A program made the translations under genes and the position numbers. A stretch of DNA of 64,000 nucleotides, taken from NCBI RefSeq assembly GCF_009914755.1, contig NC_060939.1. One strand, 5' to 3'. The number at the start of each line of letters is the position of its first letter. Positions within the stretch are counted from its first letter, which is position 1. A model generated the notes under the pieces. The model had not been told where the DNA came from. It worked only from the letters and a program-made list of their open reading frames with translations, and did not search any database. The stretch comes from the human T2T-CHM13v2.0 reference genome, Homo sapiens. Positions 61,401 through 64,000 of this stretch are shown in pieces.

Positions 61401-64000
61401 AATTCCTTCTCCCCAGAGTATAACCACTTGTCCTTAAAATGACAGAGGTGGAAAAGATATTGATAGTTCAGCCTCCTGTATGTATATATGAAGAGGTTGA
61501 GGCCCAGAGAGACTGGGCAGCCTACTCAGTTGTCAGATGGCTGGTGAAGACCTGCATCCGGATCCGTTGACTTCTCTCCTGTGCAGGGCCCTTGTTTTTT
61601 GCCCTGCCCTACTGCTTAACCTTGTCTTCTGTCTTACAACTAGGGGAGAGTCTATGGCATGTTCAGTTTGAAATGAATAAAAGTGAATACTTGTTCATTG
61701 TTAAAGGACCCCAACACAGAACTAATTTCCTGTTAACCCTTACATTTTCTCTTGACATATCTTTGGTGAGGACCATTAAAGGCTTAACACATTTCTGTAC
61801 AGTGACATGCAGTCCTAGGGGTTAACTGTGTGGGTTTGAGCGATAGGATTTAACTTTTAGGAAAAAGGGGAAAAAAGAGAGAAGGTTGATAAGTGTATTT
61901 GGAGAGAGAGAAAAAATAGTTAATTTTTCTCTTAACAGTTAATCTGAAATGATAACACAATTGTGCCTTTTGGCTCTAAAATCACCATATTTTTGATATA
62001 TAATCCAAAGGCAGGTATCCAGACTGCTGAAGGCTTATTAAAATGTAACAATAGGTCCAAGTCTAGAACTTGAAAAAACTTCTCATTTGTCAAAGAAGTT
62101 CCAGTATTCTACATTCTCTTGCTAATGAATTTGGGGAGCCTTGGAAGCTCAGCAACTGGGATGCCATCGACAGGTTTGCGGTCCTCTCTAGTCTGGGGTA
62201 GGTCTTAAGGGGAAACTTTTGGGAGGGACACACATACAGTACAGTGAAACTGTACATGAACTACTCAGGAGACAGATCACTTGGCAGGGATGTGGCGATC
62301 TTTGTACATATTTGTTCTGCTTTACTAGCTACATTGTAAGCTTCTGCAGATGAAGAGTTCAGCCTTGATGTCCCATCTCCCGCCCAGGCCTGCCATGTAC
62401 TAGTTGATCAGTAAAAGTGGAATGAATGAAAGCCAGTGTTAGTTTACAGAGCTTCTGTGGGACAGAAGCTTTGTTCAGTTGAGTTTCCATCAATATCAAA
62501 TGCAATGTTATGTGCGTTGAGTTTCTTGATAACTGTTCTTGAGGTTTCTTTTTTTTTTTGGTCCTTTTTGACTGATTAAGCAAGGCTGGACTGGTTGGAG
62601 ACCCCAGATGGGACCAAGAAATGCGAATCCTGCCTGGATTGTTGTAGGTAGAGTGCTTAATATGGGGCCTGGCATGAAGGAAGTTGGGAGTATTATCTGG
62701 TCAACTGGAGTTTAGTTATTAGGTTGTAAATGACTATGGTAGGTACAGATGTCATGAATATACTAGGGTCTCAGGGTCTGAAAGAGTTAAAGCTCCTCTC
62801 AGAATAGCCCAGGCAGTTCCCAGGAAGTAGCTTCTTAGGCAGGATGTGGCAAACCAGTGGGTAAATGAGAGCCCTTCTCCTTTGGAAGAAAAGGAAGTAG
62901 GTGGGGAGAAGTGAAGAGGAAGAGCTTGGTAGACAAATCTTTTTATCTGCTTCTTTTTTAAGTGCCAGACAGACCCTGCAGATTTTTGATCCAAAGTGAC
63001 CAAAGTCCTAAGAATGCCAATAATATTGGTTTTGCTATTGTCTTTTCCCTGCAGCTAATAACTCAAGTTTAAGATCCACTAGAGTGTTGTTTCAATAGAT
63101 TTTGTTTTCTAATTTTGATCATTGGTGTATTCTTCAGTGCGCTTTCAAGATTCACAGTGAATGTGGTGTCATCCAAAATCACATTCTTTTCTAACCAAGG
63201 ATAAGTCAGAAGAAAAGATATATATATGTATATTAGAAAAGTGTCTCTTTAATGTGTTTACCTATTTATCCATTTTAAAACACATTCCCACCCATTCTCT
63301 GTCCAGGTGCTCATAACAGTCCCTTGTGATACAGGACAAGAGTGTGCTTCCATTTAAGGCAGGAGAGAGATCTTGCCCATGGTTAGATGACCAGTTACCA
63401 GCAGAGTTAATAGAGGGCTCCAGACCCTCTGACTTCAAGTTCAGGGTTGTTTCCACAATTTTGGTCCTTTTTGTTAAGAATATAGTTTATACATTGGAGA
63501 CAAATTATTGATGGAGGCTGCAATTTTGCAAATAAAAATAACCCTCAAAAATCCAGTAATGTGTATGTGAAATGAAATAGGTGAACTGAATTTGGTGAGC
63601 TTTAGTGTCGCTGTAAAAGCAACTATCCTTTGTAAACTTACTGCATAGCTAATAATGTAAATCAGTGTTGTGTTTAGGAATCAGCTCCAGGACTGTGGTT
63701 TGATATGTGGAAACACCTCTGCGTTTGCTGTGGGCTGGTAGACAGAATGGGCTGGACCTGGCTGTACTGTGAAAGGCTTCTTTGAGCTGGTTCTTTGACC
63801 AGGTAATGAAAACGTTAAGCATCTAAAAACGAAGTCTTTAGGAGGCTTCCAAGGATCTGGAAAGCTGAACTCAGCAATTTTTAGACTTCAGTTTTCTGGA
63901 CAGGACAGCTCTTCTAGTCAAGGAAGCCAGTATCTCCTGCATTTGTGTAGCTCTTGACTCCATTTCTTTGAAGGTTTCAAATGATAATTTTTACACTTAC

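Overview
Human (primate) genomic DNA, recognisable as the TIPIN / MAP2K1 (MEK1) locus on chromosome 15q22. The minus strand carries five TIPIN coding exons (all with GT-AG boundaries and contiguous phase, codons 1-159) and a non-coding first exon in a CpG island at about 8.1 kb. A full-length processed RPL9 pseudogene lies at 30.7-31.4 kb. A second CpG island at about 38-39 kb holds MAP2K1 exon 1 on the plus strand and a divergent minus-strand splice donor; the rest of the window is MAP2K1 intron 1. The first ~52 kb are very Alu-rich and also contain a MER41B ERV LTR with its primer-binding site, MaLR LTRs, Tigger3a/MER44A/MER3 DNA transposons, and L1M, L2 and MIR relics. Almost all ORFs in the supplied track are Alu- or GC-derived noise. 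I found no convincing wholly new biological system. The most interesting unexplained structure is: (i) a 628-bp tandem duplication with a chimeric Alu at the junction; (ii) two short DNA-level copies of neighbouring Alu segments, each placed 1.3-1.6 kb to the left of its donor; (iii) a MER41B LTR that keeps one N3 GAS motif and has an N4 (STAT6-type) second site; (iv) signals that could let the divergent MAP2K1-promoter transcript splice into a short terminal exon or into the RPL9 pseudogene. Repeat family calls come from recalled consensus sequences, not from a RepeatMasker run, and repeat boundaries are approximate.
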